Shown here in pieces: positions 48,977-61,057 of a DNA stretch of 64,000 nucleotides (the stretch's first letter is position 1; the number at the start of each line of letters is the position of its first letter). The stretch is from the NCBI GenBank assembly GCA_032718475.1, contig JAUCBJ010005505.1, forward strand, positions 665 to 64,664. Reading direction: 5' to 3'. A model generated the notes under the pieces. The model saw only the letters and a list, made by a program, of their open reading frames with translations. It was not told where the DNA came from and did no database searches. The DNA comes from Nemertoderma westbladi (taxonomy: Eukaryota > Animalia > Xenacoelomorpha). Position numbers and translations under genes: made by a program.

Positions 48977-50410
48977 GTATGCAGTACATTATTTAAATGC
49001 GGGTACCAGTATGGTACAAGACTACATGGAGTCTGAATATTGTTAATTTAATTATTAAATTATTAATTAAATGAAAATATATCCAAGTTATCCATTGAAC
49101 CTATGTATTAGTGTAGTACATTAGGTACTGTATATTGGTACAGTAGGCCTAGTTCATATTTAAAACAGTTATTTACGTTTCATTTCCATTACGATAAGGT
49201 CAATCAAATTAAACATAGTGGTGAAATGAAGATTACAATTATTAAACAAGAAACAAAAAAAAGTGTTTTAACATAATTTGATATCTTGATTTAGAAGAGG
49301 ACCTCGATTGTGTGTAGTGCAAACCGTTAAGGATTATCACATTGATTATTACATTAACAGTTAATGAATCTTCATCACATTCATTTAGGAAATTGTCATA
49401 CATCCATTCACCGGTTCCTGACTACTAGTCATATTTGTCCGATTTAGGGCTCATAGGAATCAGGGTAGCCCTCTTGCGGTAAACCTTTGTAACGGGTCCC
49501 GCAGTCAGGACGGAATCCCCCTGTTATAAAGGCCACAGACATGGGTACACCAGTTTTTGTTAGCCAAGTCCCCAGTCATGGATCCCCCAATCACATGACT
49601 TCAAGACATACTGTAGTTGCCACAGTCATGGCCTCCTGACATATGTACTGTACACTAGTTTTTCTTGACCCAGTCATGGTTGTCTGATAAATTACTCAAT
49701 CAATACATTTTATTCTTTACATTTATTGTACTACTGTAATTGATTTTTGTTTAGTTTTTGCTACACATACAATTTATATAATATCGCATATATTTATTTT
49801 ATTTTCAAGTCGGTGTGAAATACGCCGTGAAATAAGGTAAAGTCAATGATGGCCATAGGTGTGCTATATATCACGGCGTGAAATTTAGAAACAGTATTCT
49901 TTCAGTATGACTGTACCGTATTCTACGGTTGTGCTGAGGTAGGCCTAACAGTAAATCATTCAATACAGATGCAGACAGGACAGCACAAGATACATAGGTC
50001 GTTAACAGCACTACCGCTGACGGTACCGGCGTCACTCATTCTGCCGCTATGCCTACACCTAGTGCTATAGGACTACTTTATGCAGTCTGTAGGACTACTA
50101 CATAGGCTGTTAGCGGTACGGTACCGGTATAATATACTATTTCTAATTAACGAAACTTCGCAACTTGAAAATAAAACGATGACATATTCGATTTAAATAA
50201 AATACCTGCATTTCCCTTTCAGGCTCTCGTTTCATATTTCACTCACTCGCTTACGGTCTTTCGTGGAAATATTCCCACTCGAGACGACGTGAAATACAGT
50301 GGTAGTTTATTTAACTCGAATTTACAGTAGGCCTTTACTGTAGTTAATCAATATTCTACACAAAGTATGCCAACTTACACGACTACAGTATAATAATATT
50401 ATAATTTTAG

Positions 50411-50695
50411 TGAATTTCGCCGGTAGGTTCACCTCACCCTGCCACGCCGCAGGCCTTGTCGATGCATATGTTACAGAACAGACAGATATCGAGAATTATC
50501 CTGAATGTATGTTAGGGTGTCTAAATCAACAACAAAGTCAGTGTACAGCAGCTGTTTGGGGTTGGAGTGAACACAATCCATCAGATACATTTTGTGGGTT
50601 TGAAAATCCAACAGGCTCTGACGCTCTTAGGGGCATCAGTAAGTCACTTGGAGACAATCTTGCATACTTCAAGAGGGACGATAGTGACTTTAAAT
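50411..50695 (+). CDS. Secreted PAN/apple-like domain protein, coding exon 2 (gene continues)
   Basis: ttttag acceptor, phase 1/1, gtaagt donor; EC..GC......C.AAVW........C pattern. Confidence 0.7.
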
Positions 50696-51559
50696 GTAAG
50701 TTGAAATTCATTTCATGAATTTGTCATTATTTTAAAATAATTATTTAAATAATTTGTTAATATGACAACAAGTCACATATTCTTATTTACTCAATGGTTT
50801 TACTCAAATATTGAAAAAACCTTTCTTTTTCTTTATAATGGGTAAATTTACATGTGTTTCAAACTTTTACTTTTAATGTGTTATTCATAATATCCAATTA
50901 TTTTTTCTAGAGAAACTGTTTTTACTTATGCTAGATACAAGGCGATCTATAAGTATTCATAGAACGCCTTGGCTAGATATGAACGATAATTACAGTATTA
51001 CCAAATTAATTGTTGCTAGGCAACAGTCTACAGTATACGTACTGTACAATAATTATCAAATTCATTGCAAATGAAAATGATGGTTAAACATTTTGAATAT
51101 AATTGTTTTAATCATTATTTCACAATTCTCAAATAATAATTCTTAAGTGACATCGGCCTACTTTAATTTAATACACTTAAGGGGGTGGGGGGAGGGGGGG
51201 GGGGGGGCACCCCCAAAAAGCCACTTTATTGAAATGGCCATTATTTTGGGATATAGTTTAATATAACAATTTTATTGTCGCCAGCCTATGTCTGGAAGGC
51301 CAAATAGTCTCCAAACGTAAATTTTTGAAAATTGTTGACCTCCCCCTAGCGGCTGGCGGTGGAATTGAGAATTTAACTAAAAACACTACTGTATTACTGT
51401 AGTCCCTCAATCTTTGTCCAAATTTATTGGAATCAACTTTTTTGGATTCAGCGTCATCGACTCTTACAAAATTTATCTTTATAGAATTTTAATTAGCTAA
51501 TTAAGAAAATAATTAATTTAATTAATTAATTTTAATTATTTTGATTAAAATCAGCCAGC

Positions 51560-52963
51560 GGAGGTATGGAAAACAGGAGTGCTAAACAGACCATTATTGA
51601 ATGTTTGCAACAGGATGTTAAAAGGGGAAAAGCCACCACCAATGTGGACTAAAGGTCAACTAAAGCCTCTCCCCAAGAAAGGAGGGCCTCGGTATACCAA
51701 CAAACTATCGTGGAATCTGTCTGCTTGTGGTAGCTGCCACAATATACAATAAAATGATTCTATATAGGATTAGGCCTCACATAGAGAAACTACTGCGTAA
51801 GAGCCAAAACGGATTTCGACCAAGTAGATCAACAATAGCTCAGATACTTGCACTACGGAGACTGATTGAAGGAATTAAATCGAAGAATCTCCCCGCAGTC
51901 ATGACTTTTGTGGACTTCAAGAAGGCATTTGACTCCATCCATAGAGGCAAAATGCTTGAAATCCTAATAGCTTATGGAATACCAGAAGTAATTGTTGCTG
52001 GCATTGGATTGTTATATTGTGACACAGAAGCGCAGGTACTCTCACCAGATTGTGAAACTGAGTTTTTCTCAATCCTGGCTGGCGTACTGCAAGGTGACAC
52101 ATTAGCACCATTACTATTTGTAATTGTGCTGGATTACGCAATGAGGACGGTCACACTTCAAGAACGCAGAAGTAGTAGATATCCGGCAACTACAGTCACA
52201 GACACCGACTTTGCGGATGACATCGCCCTGCTCTCTAATACCCTAGCAGATGCACAGCTTCTACTAAATAAAGTGGAGAGGGCTGCTAAGGAGGTTGGAT
52301 TGCAAATAAATGCTACAAAGACCGAATTAATGACCTTTAATGTTGATGGAAACTTGACAACCATTGATAATAATCAACTAAGGAAGGTCGATGACTTCCA
52401 GTACCTTGGATCATGGATAGAGAGTAGCAAAAAGGACATAGAAATTAGGAAAGCAAAGGCTTGGGTAGCTCTATCAAAAATGGATACCATCTGGAAATCA
52501 GATCTCTCCAGGCACCTGAAGACTAAGTTCTTTCGAGCCACAGTGGAAAGTGTATTTTTATATGGGGGTGAGACCTGGTCACTGACTAAATCACTTGAAC
52601 AACGAATTGATGGTTGCTACACAAGACTACTAAGGGCAGCCCTAAACATCAACTGGAGACAACACATGACAAACGCCGAACTTTATGGTACAATACCACC
52701 TATATCAACCACCCTCCGTGAACGCAGATTAAGATTCAGTAGGCACTGCTGGCGAAGTAAAGACGAGGTCATACCAGATCTACTTCTCTGGCAACCAACT
52801 CATTGAAAGCGTAGTCGTGGACTACCGGCCATAACATATATAGATCAACTTGAAAGGGATACTGAACTTGGGAGAAACGAAATTGCGACAACTATGGAGA
52901 ATCGGGAAGCCTGGAAGGATCTCATTTCCACTGTCCGAGTTCGCTCGACCTAGTAGTAGTAGT
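51560..52963 (+). mobile_element. 5'-truncated RTE-like LINE family B with an RT domain
   Basis: ORF 51727-52806 contains QNGFR, FVDFKKAFDS, GVLQGDTLAP, FADD and FQYLGS; premature stop; (TAG)n tail. Confidence 0.95.
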
Positions 52964-53475
52964 AAAGCCTCGTGCTGCGCGAAGGAACCACGAACGTGTA
53001 TGATTTGTCATAATTTATAACACAATACCAGCAATAACATAAATCTACCAACGTTTACCCCCAGCAGTGCACATGTTTCTCACTCGTTTAACTGTTACCC
53101 ACTAACCTTTGTTCATCAGTTGTTAGTTTAACTGCTGCCCTAACCCACCCAGTAACCTTTGTTCCTCAGTTTGTTCAACCGCTGTCCCAACCTTTGTTCC
53201 TCGCGTTGTACGCACACGATACTAAGTTGTGCGCACAACATACGAAAAAAATATTTTTTCAAAGGTCCCTTTAGGGGCTCTGTAGTTTATTATTACCTTC
53301 TAACGTGTCAATAAATTAGTAATACTAAATTAGATTATGCCATTCTTTCATTAAAATAAACGATTAGGGCATATTCCATTCAATAAATTAGATTAGACCT
53401 TCTTTCATTTTAAGGGCAAGTTCGATTTGAGACATACAATCACATACAGTCAAAAATTGCCATGTAGGTCACTCA

Positions 53476-53660
53476 CATACAAACAGACCACATCACATAC
53501 AAACAGACCCCATCGCATACAAACAGACACTATCACATACAAACAGACCCCATCACATACAAACAGACCCTATCTCATACAAACAGACCCCATCACATAC
53601 AAACAGACCCCATCACATACAAACAGACCCATCACATGCAAACAGACCCCATCACATACA
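53476..53660. repeat. 20-bp minisatellite, about 9 copies (catacaaacagaccccatca)
   Basis: Direct periodicity. Confidence 0.92.
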
Positions 53661-53985
53661 CTCAAATACAATCACATATATACAGTAATGTAAATTTAAT
53701 TACTGCGATTTCAACTTACAGAGAAATTGTATCAGAAAAAAAAAGAAAACCCTCTATACTGTATACCGCAAATAAATTTATTTTAGTGAGCTATAAATAC
53801 TTTTGAAAATTTCCGGACGAAAAATACTAGAGATAGATGCAACTGCCAGAGTGGGACCACATCACGAAAGTAACATACCCTAACTTAACTACCCCTTTTA
53901 TGTAAGTTCTTGGAGACTTGGAAGCTCAGGGTTACAGTTTCCAGTGGCTCCAGTTCCTCCATAGAGGAGACCACGGGGCAGTCGT

Positions 53986-54547
53986 CTAGTTCGGGACCGG
54001 AGAGGATTGACCGGCGATGAACTGGTCAAGGAGTCGATCAGTTAGATGCGCATCGGCTGTCGGGAGTGCCTCGAAGGAGCACTTAGTGGCGATATCGCGC
54101 AAATTAACGAGAAACGTCTCGGGAGTTTCCTCTGGAAGGCGAGAACAGCGGGTGAGTTCTTGTCGGTGAATGCGTTTATTCGTTCCCCCATCGATATGGA
54201 TGCTGAGTTTATGTATAACGACATTCGCGTTGGCGTTCTCGGCAGAGGAGAGAGTGAGCCCTTTAACTACGGCATTGGTTGCCCGGGAGAATGCGGTTGT
54301 TAGGGCGGCGCGTACCTGCCGGTTTGTAAGACGGAGGAATGTCTCGGATAGATCCGGATCTGGTGGGTTGGCGTCTGCCAAATGTAGATTGTCCACTGTC
54401 CAGTCCAAATGTTATTAGGAAAGCCTCCCATTCGTCTTTCCAGAGTTCCCAGTTAGAACGTTCGGTATCGAGGTCGAATGGAGGTGGGTTGCTGGGGAGC
54501 ACAAACGTGCGTGGATCGCGAGCGTCGTTGTGAGGGCCGGTAGACAT
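53986..54547 (-). mobile_element. Frameshifted Gypsy-type gag relic
   Basis: PPPFDL...NWELWKDEWEAFL (ORF 54263-54547) continues in another frame as HRQEL...E.PETFLVNLRDIATKCSF...L.DRLLDQFIAG, a typical Gypsy gag pattern. Confidence 0.75.
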
Positions 54548-54794
54548 CGCAGAACGCGTGCGTGGATACTGAATTATATAGCATTTTTACTTTATGGTCC
54601 CATTGTTTAGCGGTTTCGATTTCATAATCCAGTAATCAATCATAATAAATGCTGAAATACAGTACCGGTCTGCCGGTACTGTTGTACTGCAGTAGCAGTT
54701 TACGATGACCAATTCCACACCGACCGCCAGTCCATCAGTCAGCCATAACAGCCATCACTAAGCAGGCTCGAAATATTTCGTAAGACTCGGATCT

Positions 54795-55012
54795 GCGCAA
54801 TATCATGTGACACCAATAGAATCGCGGGGAATTTCTACAGTCAGACAGGGCCACAGCTGCACAGGGAATAAAACTTTCTGACTTTGGGATGTGGAGAGTT
54901 CTAAGTCCAGAAGTCTAACCAGCTAACGCTAACTTTAAAATTCGTAATTGCAAATTCTGCAGCTAATTTAAAAATTATCCCCGCATTGTATTGGTGTCCC
55001 ACGATACTGCAC
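54795..55012. mobile_element. MITE-like element with imperfect TIRs of about 40 bp
   Basis: gcgcaatatcatgtgacaccaatagaatcgcggggaattt is inverted as aaattatccccgcattgtattggtgtcccacgatactgcac. Confidence 0.55.
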
Positions 55013-55155
55013 ATTTTGTTTATTTTCATCCTATTCACATCTTAACTGAATAACGCATCGTAGTCAGGTAGTCGTAGAGAATAGAGATCCAGTCAATTAA
55101 ATACTGAAATATTGCAGTAATGGACTGGTTGCCCGTACCGGGCAACGTACCGTAC

Positions 55156-55797
55156 TGCAGATGCACAGCTTCTACTAAATAAAGTGGAGAGGGCTGCTAA
55201 GGAGGTTGGATTGCATATAAATGCTACCAAGACCGAATTCATGACCTTTAATGTTGATGGAAACTTGACAACCATTAATAGTAATCAACTAAGGAAGGTT
55301 GACGACTTCCAGTACCTTGGATCATGGATAGAGAGTAGCAAAATGGACATAGAAGTTAGGAAAGCAAAGGCTTGGGTAGCTCTATCAAAAATGGATACCA
55401 TCTGGAAATCAGATGTCTCCAGGCACCTGAAGACTAAGTTCTTTCGAGCCACAGTGGAAAGTGTATTTTTAGACTGGGGTGAGACCTGGACACTGATTAA
55501 ATCACTTGAACAACGAATTGATGGTTGCTACACAAGACTACTAAGGGCAGCCCTCAACATCAGCTGGAGACAACACATGACAAACGTTGAGCTTTATGGT
55601 ACAATACCACCTGTATCAACCACCCTCCGTAAACGCAGATTACGATTCAGTGGGCACTGCTGGCAAAGTAAAGACGATGTCATACCAGATCTACATTTCT
55701 GGCAACCAACTCATGGAAAGCGTAGTCGTGGACGACCGGCCATAACATATATAGATCAACTTGAAAGGGATACTGAACTTGGGAGAAACGAAATTGC
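55156..55797 (+). mobile_element. RTE-like LINE family B fragment, split by the LTR element; it resumes at 63148-63230
   Basis: Near-identical to 52246-52886. The intact copy reads gaaattgcgacaactatgg across the insertion point. Confidence 0.95.
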
Positions 55798-56849
55798 TGT
55801 GACGGGATCTACGGATCCCGGTTTATCCGTTGGGTTTTCTATCCACGCGTCCCCGCCGTGTGTGAAAGGTAAAAGAGTTCTGATGTTGGGTAATATGTAT
55901 AAAGGTATAATAGTCTGATAGTTGATATATAGTATAGTATGACACAACAGGTAATATAAGTATGATGGCGGTAGCGGACGGTGACAGAAGTCCCCGTTCC
56001 ACCCTACTGATCTGACTGAGTAAACTGAATGAATGATTACAGGTTACTGGTTATATTGCATGGTGGCCTTATTGCTACTCAATCGATGCCTTTCCCCCCT
56101 CTGATTGGTTGGTATCCCTGTTGGCACCCTTTGGAGTGTTTCCCTTCACTCCCTGTGTTCTCTCTCGGTTAGGGGTTTGGCCCCTGACCCCTATTGTGTG
56201 TGTCTCCTTTGGGGCCTATTGTCCCCGTTTACTGGGCTGACACGAGGTTGATTGGTAATCAACCTCGTGCTCCCAATATTGCTTTATGGCTCACTCTATG
56301 GGTTTGTGTTAGCGGAATTGGATAAGCTAACACTCCCCCCCATGCTATCTTCCCGGTGAGAAGATAGCATCCAACTAAAGTGCGCTACAATTCCGCTGGA
56401 TCCCGATCTAGCATCGGGTGTGGGGTGGGTATATTTTTTCGGAGTCGGCTTTCCAGGCCGCTCCCTATGGGTATGATGTCACTACCCTCTGGCGTCTCGT
56501 GTCGGGCCGATCGTGCGCTTCTCTCACACAATTTTTGTTTCCCCAACACTCTCACCACTCTACTCCAACTCTCGCATACCCCCGGACCTCCTCGTCCCAC
56601 ACTCTTCCTCTCACTTCGCACTATTACTCCATCCCTCCTTGACTACATTATCCCTTCTGACGAATCTCACCCCCCCTCCGTGCCGTCGCACTCAGGAAAT
56701 GTGAAATCGTCTGGCGTCTTGTCCCTAATGCCATAGTCACTTAGCCCCCCAGTCCCAGTAGCTAATTGAGAAAGGTTGTATGACTATAGTACTTACACCA
56801 CTCTCTCCGCACCCCGCACTATCACCTCTCCACTCTCTTGTCACTCCCT

Positions 56850-58625
56850 AAGGCTTTAATCTCTTATGCTACCCCTGTGCTATCATACTATCTACCTACT
56901 GCTTACTAACTCTAACTATCTAACTAACTCTGCTAACTAGTAACTCTTACTACTTCTAGCTCTAACTGAGAGCCTCTAACTTTCTACTGACTCTAACTCT
57001 CTACTAAGTCTAACTAACTCCTACTAACTTTCTACTTCTACTAACTCTACTTGACTCCTCTGAGTCTACCAACTCTGTTAACTAGCTCTACTAACTCTAC
57101 TCCACTAGCTCTGCTAACTCTACTAACTAGCTTTACTAACTCTACTCCACTCTTCTAACTACGTGGCGCTTGCGGTGCCCACAACCATTCTACTATCTGG
57201 CACCCTATGTGCCCTTCTACTACACTACTACCTCTCTAACTTACTACCTGGCACCCTATGTGCCCGTCTCTACTCTTCTACTCTCTGGCACCCTATGTGC
57301 CCGTCTCTACTCCTCTACATCCCCTTTACGTCTCATCGCCTACACGTGACGCTCTGAGTGCCGGCAGAGTGGGTACGTTAATTATGTGAACTACTACTGA
57401 CTCTACTAACTCTCTTCTAACTCTACTAACTCTTTTTGTGCCCGGCACCTCTTGTGCCCGGCACCTTCTAACTCTACTAACTGGCACCCTATGTGCCCTC
57501 TCTACTACTCTACACTATCTCTAACTCTCTAACTCTACTACATGGCACCCTATGTGCCTGTCTACTACTCTACTCTTTTTGTGCCCGGCACCTCTTGTGC
57601 CCGGCACCCACCCTAATTAACATACCTCGCTCTTACATCAAACACATCATCACGCCCGTGCCCCACTAAGTTCAGCGCATTCCCTACTAACTCTAACTAC
57701 GTGGCGCTTACGGTGCCCACAACCCTCTACTGCTACTACTAACACCCCTAACTAGCGGTACTACGTACCCTCTTACTACTCTAGCTCTCTCTACTAGCTA
57801 GCGGTACAACGTACCCTCTTACTACTCTAGCTCTCTCTACTAGCTAGCGGTACAACGTACCCTCTTACTACTCCTACTCTCTAGCCGGTACTTACGTACC
57901 CTCTAACTCTTACTCTCTAACCGGTACTTACGTACCCTCTAACTCTAACTAACTAGCGGTACTTACGTACCCTCTAACTCTAACTCTAACTAACGGTACT
58001 ACGTACCCTCTAACTCTAACTCTAACTAGGTACTACGTACCTTCTAACTCTAACTCTAACTAGGTACTACGTACCTTCTAACTCTAACTCTAACTAGGTA
58101 CTATGTACCTTCTAACTCTAACTCTAACTAGGTACTACGTACCTACTAACTCTCTAACTATCGGTACTACGTACCCTCTAACTCTAACTAGGTACTACGT
58201 ACCTACTGACTCTCTAACTAACTCTAGGTACTACGTACCTACTAACTCTCTAACTCTAGGTACTACGTACCTACTAACTCTAACTCTAACTAGGTACTAC
58301 GCACCTATTAACTCTAACTCTAACTAGGTACTACGTACCTACTAACTCTTACTAACTCTCTAACGGTACTACGTACCTACTAACTCTAACTCTAACTAGG
58401 TACTACGTACCTACTGACTCTCTAACTAGGTACTACGTACCTACTAACTCTTACTAACTCTCTAACGGTACTACGTACCCCTTAACTCCTACTCTCTAAC
58501 GGTAGAGAGACTCTCTAACTCTTACTCTAACACTAACTATCAGTGCTAACTGACTAACTAACTAACTCTGACTCTAGGTACTACGTACCTCCTAAATAAC
58601 TCCTAACTACCTAACTTCTACCTAC
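56850..58625. repeat. Low-complexity (ctaact)n region containing an array of short palindromes
   Basis: About 22 copies of ggtac(tac)gtacc between 57757 and 58590; ggcaccctatgtgcc five times between 57199 and 57558. Confidence 0.9.
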
Positions 58626-58650
58626 TTTATTATTTAATTATTTTATTTAA

Positions 58651-59796
58651 TTAAATAATTATTTTATATTTTGTGCGTGGGAAGGGCGTCTCGCCCTCAT
58701 TCCCACCCCCCTCAGTCCAAAACTTTGGACGACTAAAAACTCTCACGTGCCCCTTCTTCCGGTAGGCACTCTCCTGCTGCCCTCCTATACGTCCTCTAAC
58801 TCTTCGCCACACTCTCTTCGGTGCCACCTTTGCTGGCCTCCCCCTTCGTATGTGCGCTGGCATTAGAGCCCTCGACGACCCCCGCTCGTCCCTCGGTATA
58901 CGCGGTGTCTGCCCATGTAATGCCCCCTCGCACTGTGTCAGCCCTGCGTGTGTATGCAACACGCCTCCTTCTACTTTCCCGACTCCTTTGCTCATGGACT
59001 TCTCTACCCCTGGTTTAGTCCTTTCACATCCTCTCCCTTTCCAACACTCTCCGGATCTGTGTCCTTTTACCACACATCGATGACATAGTCCGTTTGCGTC
59101 TGTGTAGGCTACACGATCTCGTTTGGGCAACGCTTGCCAGTACTTGCAACTCCTGGTCTTATGGGTTCCGTCCCGATGTAATTGACATTGGAATCCTGGA
59201 TTATAGCGTTTCCTGTATAGTCCTTCACGTATCGCGCTTAGGTTTATATGTACCGATTTAATGTTTTGGTTGTCTAGACTCGGCCTACTGGGTATATTGG
59301 GATTGTGTTTATTTTTGGTGTTATTTTCTTTCTGTCCCTGCCACGGTGTGGCCCTGCTACCAGCTAACTGTGGACTAGCAGTCCCCTGTATGGCCGCGTG
59401 TGGTGGTGACTGTCCGCACGACCTGCTCTCGTCCAGGGAGTTCGATGTTCTCGCTCCTATCGGGGTATATTGTCGATATTGTGATGGGGGAATGTCACCC
59501 TGTCCCCCCCCAGCCGGTATGTTTGGTACTGGGGTTGATGTTAATACATTGGGGCCCATACGTCTATCTCCAATAACTCCCCCCTCCCCTGGATATATGT
59601 TATGTCCCTGTGTATTATAGTCATGCTGCTGTACCGATATAGGCCTACCTACCTCTCGCCTACCTACCGGTATGTACTCCGCGACTTCCGGGTTTAATCC
59701 CGTCGTTCGCGCTACCCCATCGCCTACTCTATCTCTCCCAGCATGGCCTATAATAGTATGTGCAGTAAGGCCTACAGTATGTCCTGCAGTCTGCAT
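58651..59796 (-). CDS. Gag-like ORF with BEL/Pao-type zinc knuckles
   Basis: CQLHRDGTHKTRSC...DRVAY....GLCHRCVVKGHRSGEC....C; no protease, RT or integrase follows. Confidence 0.65.
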   Translation of the reverse strand: MQTAGHTVGLTAHTIIGHAGRDRVGDGVARTTGLNPEVAEYIPVGRREVGRPISVQQHDYNTQGHNIYPGEGGVIGDRRMGPNVLTSTPVPNIPAGGGQGDIPPSQYRQYTPIGARTSNSLDESRSCGQSPPHAAIQGTASPQLAGSRATPWQGQKENNTKNKHNPNIPSRPSLDNQNIKSVHINLSAIREGLYRKRYNPGFQCQLHRDGTHKTRSCKYWQALPKRDRVAYTDANGLCHRCVVKGHRSGECWKGRGCERTKPGVEKSMSKGVGKVEGGVLHTHAGLTQCEGALHGQTPRIPRDERGSSRALMPAHIRRGRPAKVAPKRVWRRVRGRIGGQQESAYRKKGHVRVFSRPKFWTEGGGNEGETPFPRTKYKIII

Positions 59797-61057
59797 GTGC
59801 CCTTCCGAACCGAAGTTTATTCTTCGCGAATCTCGAATCTCCCCGCGACTACTGCACTCTCGATCGGCAGCTATATCCCGTCGGGAAGCTTCTCTTCGAT
59901 CCCCTCTCCTGTTCTCGACTCTTGTATTGGTACGTCCTGTACCCCTCTCTTGGCGTGCGGTGCGTTTCTCCGGGGCGACGGCAATCTCCCGAAGTTCGAC
60001 CCCACTGGCTCCCTGACTCCATCTCTACTATCGACGGTCCGTTATCCGTCCTCGCACTCCTATCGTTCGTGGCGACACCTTTTCTACTATCTCCTCTTCT
60101 TCTCTTTTCAGTGCAGTATTCCGGCTCATGAGATCTCTCGTCGACCTCCCGGTTAAACTCCACTGTTCTTCTTCCCTCTTCTGGTCGGGCTCGACGCTTC
60201 GTCTGCCCTCTCGCGACGTCAACCTGCCTCTCTCTGCTCGATCGCACGCCGCTGGGGATACTCGCAATCCCCCTATTACTCTCCGTCGCCGGGTGTTGCG
60301 GTTTACCTGATTCGGCCCGCGCATTATCCGCTGACGGCTGTGGGACACTCTCTGCCCCCCCTCTCTCTCTACTAATCTCTCGCGGTGGGGTGCCCGTAGC
60401 CCCCCCCCACCCGCCACTTCTAACTTCACTATCTCTTACTACACTTCTACTACCCCTCTTGTGGGGCATTCTCTGCCCCCCCTCTCTCGCCACTAATCTT
60501 ATGTGGTGGGGCGCCGGTAGCCCCCCCCCACCCGCCACATCTAACTTCACTATCTCTTACTTCGTCTCTACACCCCTCTCTAGTCGACGCACTGTCTCTA
60601 CTACGGCTGGGTCTATTCACCCCCGCCTCTCTCTCTACTACTGCGTGGCCCATCAGGCCCACTTCGGGTTGGCTCAACCCCGCTACCTCCTGCCTACCAA
60701 CTACGTGGCCTACCAGGCCGCCGTCGGGTTGGCTCAACCCTGCCACTTCCTGCCTACTAACTACGTGGCCTACCAGGCCACCGTCTGCTGAGTTATGTAC
60801 GTCCGACACGCTCACATTAATAGCACCATTCCCAATATTATTTGTTAAATCAATTAAATTATTAGAATTTGAAACGGGATTATTATTTAAATTATTTAAA
60901 TTACTTAGATCACTACTATTCTCTAAACTTAAATTATTATTCGAATTATTTTGCGGGTTTGAATTGAAATTATTATTTAGAATATTTGTATTTAAATTTA
61001 AATTACTACTACCCGGTAAAATATTATTTCCTGTAATAAAGGGATTAGGGTTATTTA

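Noticed and set aside
55798-55918. C-terminal extension of LINE ORF 55184-55918 as a fusion protein
   Set aside because: Chance read-through from a 5'-truncated LINE into the antisense LTR.
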